A stretch of 48,620 nt of DNA, taken from Chthoniobacteraceae bacterium. GTDB taxonomy: Bacteria; Verrucomicrobiota; Verrucomicrobiia; Chthoniobacterales; Chthoniobacteraceae. The position numbers and the translations under genes were made by a program. The stretch covers positions 1 to 48,620 of the forward strand of contig JANNXQ010000025.1 in NCBI GenBank assembly GCA_031409655.1, in the 5' to 3' direction. Below the pieces are notes generated by a model that was not told where the DNA came from, did no database searches, and was given only the letters and a program-made list of their open reading frames with translations. Within the stretch, counting starts at the first letter, position 1. Each line of letters begins with the position of its first letter. This document shows positions 47,526-48,620 of the stretch, piece by piece.

Positions 47526-48620
47526 ATGGCATCCAACTACACCGAAGCCAGCATCAAGACCCTCAGCTCGCTGGAGCACATCCGGCTCCGGCCCGGCATG
47601 TATATCGGGCGGCTCGGCAACGGCGCGCATGCGGAGGACGGCATCTATGTGCTGCTGAAGGAGACGATCGATAACTCGATCGACGAATTCATGATGGGGC
47701 AGGGCAAGAGGATCGAGGTGGAGATCACCGATCGTAGCGTGAAGGTGCGCGACTACGGGCGCGGCATCCCGCTGGGGAAACTCGTGGACTGCGTCTCGAT
47801 CATCAACACGGGCGCGAAGTATGACAGCGAGACTTTCCAAAAAGCCGTGGGGCTCAATGGCGTCGGGCAGAAAGCGGTGAACGCCCTCTCGCTGAACTAC
47901 CGCGCGCAGGCCGTCCGCGAGGGGGAGAGCAAGGTCGTTGATTTTGAAAAGGGGAAGCTCAAGTCGCAGTCTCGCGTGACGAAGACCGAGGAGCGCAACG
48001 GCACGCTCGTCGAGTTCACGCCGGACGAGGCCCTCTTCGGCAAGGACTTCAAATTCCGCACGGAGTTCATCGAGGATATGCTGTGGAAATACGCGTTCCT
48101 CAACCGCGGGCTCACGCTCACGCTCAATGGCCAGCGCTTTAAGTCCGAGCACGGGCTGAAGGATCTGCTCACCAAGGAACTCAGCGGCGAGCCGCTTTAT
48201 CCCATAATTCACCTCGAGGGCGAGGACATCGAGATCGCGCTCACCCACGGCAATCACTACGGCGAGGAATACTGGTCGTTCGTGAACGGCCAGCACACCA
48301 CGATGGGCGGCACGCATCTCGCCGCGTTCCGCGAGGCGTTCGTCGCGACGTTGCGCAATCATTTCAAAAAGGAGTTCGACGCCGCGGATGTGCGCCAGTC
48401 CATCGACGCCGCGATCGTCGTGCGCGTGCAGGAACCCGTCTTCGAGTCGCAGACAAAGACGAAGCTCGGCTCCACCGAAGTCGGGCCAAAGGGGCCGACC
48501 ATCAAGGAATTCGTCGGCAAATTCGTGCAGCAGGCGCTCGACACCTACCTGCACAAGAACCGCGAGACCGCCGAAATCATCCGCAAGAAAATCGAGGAGA
48601 ACGAGCACGAGCGGAAGGAA
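47526..48620 (+). CDS. parE: DNA topoisomerase IV subunit B (type IIA B subunit); 5' part, runs off the window
   Basis: [71 protein letters not shown]. parE rather than gyrB is inferred from the GNG...DGIY and NGQH signature. Confidence 0.9.
   Translation, partial: MASNYTEASIKTLSSLEHIRLRPGMYIGRLGNGAHAEDGIYVLLKETIDNSIDEFMMGQGKRIEVEITDRSVKVRDYGRGIPLGKLVDCVSIINTGAKYDSETFQKAVGLNGVGQKAVNALSLNYRAQAVREGESKVVDFEKGKLKSQSRVTKTEERNGTLVEFTPDEALFGKDFKFRTEFIEDMLWKYAFLNRGLTLTLNGQRFKSEHGLKDLLTKELSGEPLYPIIHLEGEDIEIALTHGNHYGEEYWSFVNGQHTTMGGTHLAAFREAFVATLRNHFKKEFDAADVRQSIDAAIVVRVQEPVFESQTKTKLGSTEVGPKGPTIKEFVGKFVQQALDTYLHKNRETAEIIRKKIEENEHERKE

Overview
High-GC chromosomal window that looks verrucomicrobial (Chthoniobacter-like). 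This assignment is inferred from a PEP-CTERM protein, C-terminal RFYR domains, weak or absent Shine-Dalgarno sites and a Bacteroidetes/Chlamydiae-type ParE. Housekeeping anchors are tRNA-Gln(TTG), hflX, rho, typA, ispA and parE. Accessory content between them: (1) secreted proteins, namely a beta-propeller/di-heme cytochrome c protein, a PEP-CTERM protein and a 1772-aa protein of nine Asp-box repeats arranged (ABC)x3; (2) a 2367-aa coiled-coil protein with a ~73-aa repeat; (3) a hybrid kinase next to a REC-metallo-beta-lactamase-fold protein; (4) decayed mobile DNA, including two MITE-like families that wrap REP-like palindromes, an IS4 remnant abutting an AEC transporter fragment, and a RAYT-like remnant; (5) the best candidate for an undescribed system, a six-gene cluster at 32088-40271 encoding a papain-like/alpha-beta-hydrolase fusion, an outer-membrane barrel-like protein, a lysozyme-PG-binding-CHAP enzyme, DUF3616, a gingipain-like C25 protease and a small partner, where only the barrel has a signal peptide; (6) a GT41+GT4 cassette between two ~93% identical parE 5' copies, one crippled by a microhomology deletion. 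All family calls come from motif recognition by eye; no searches were run.
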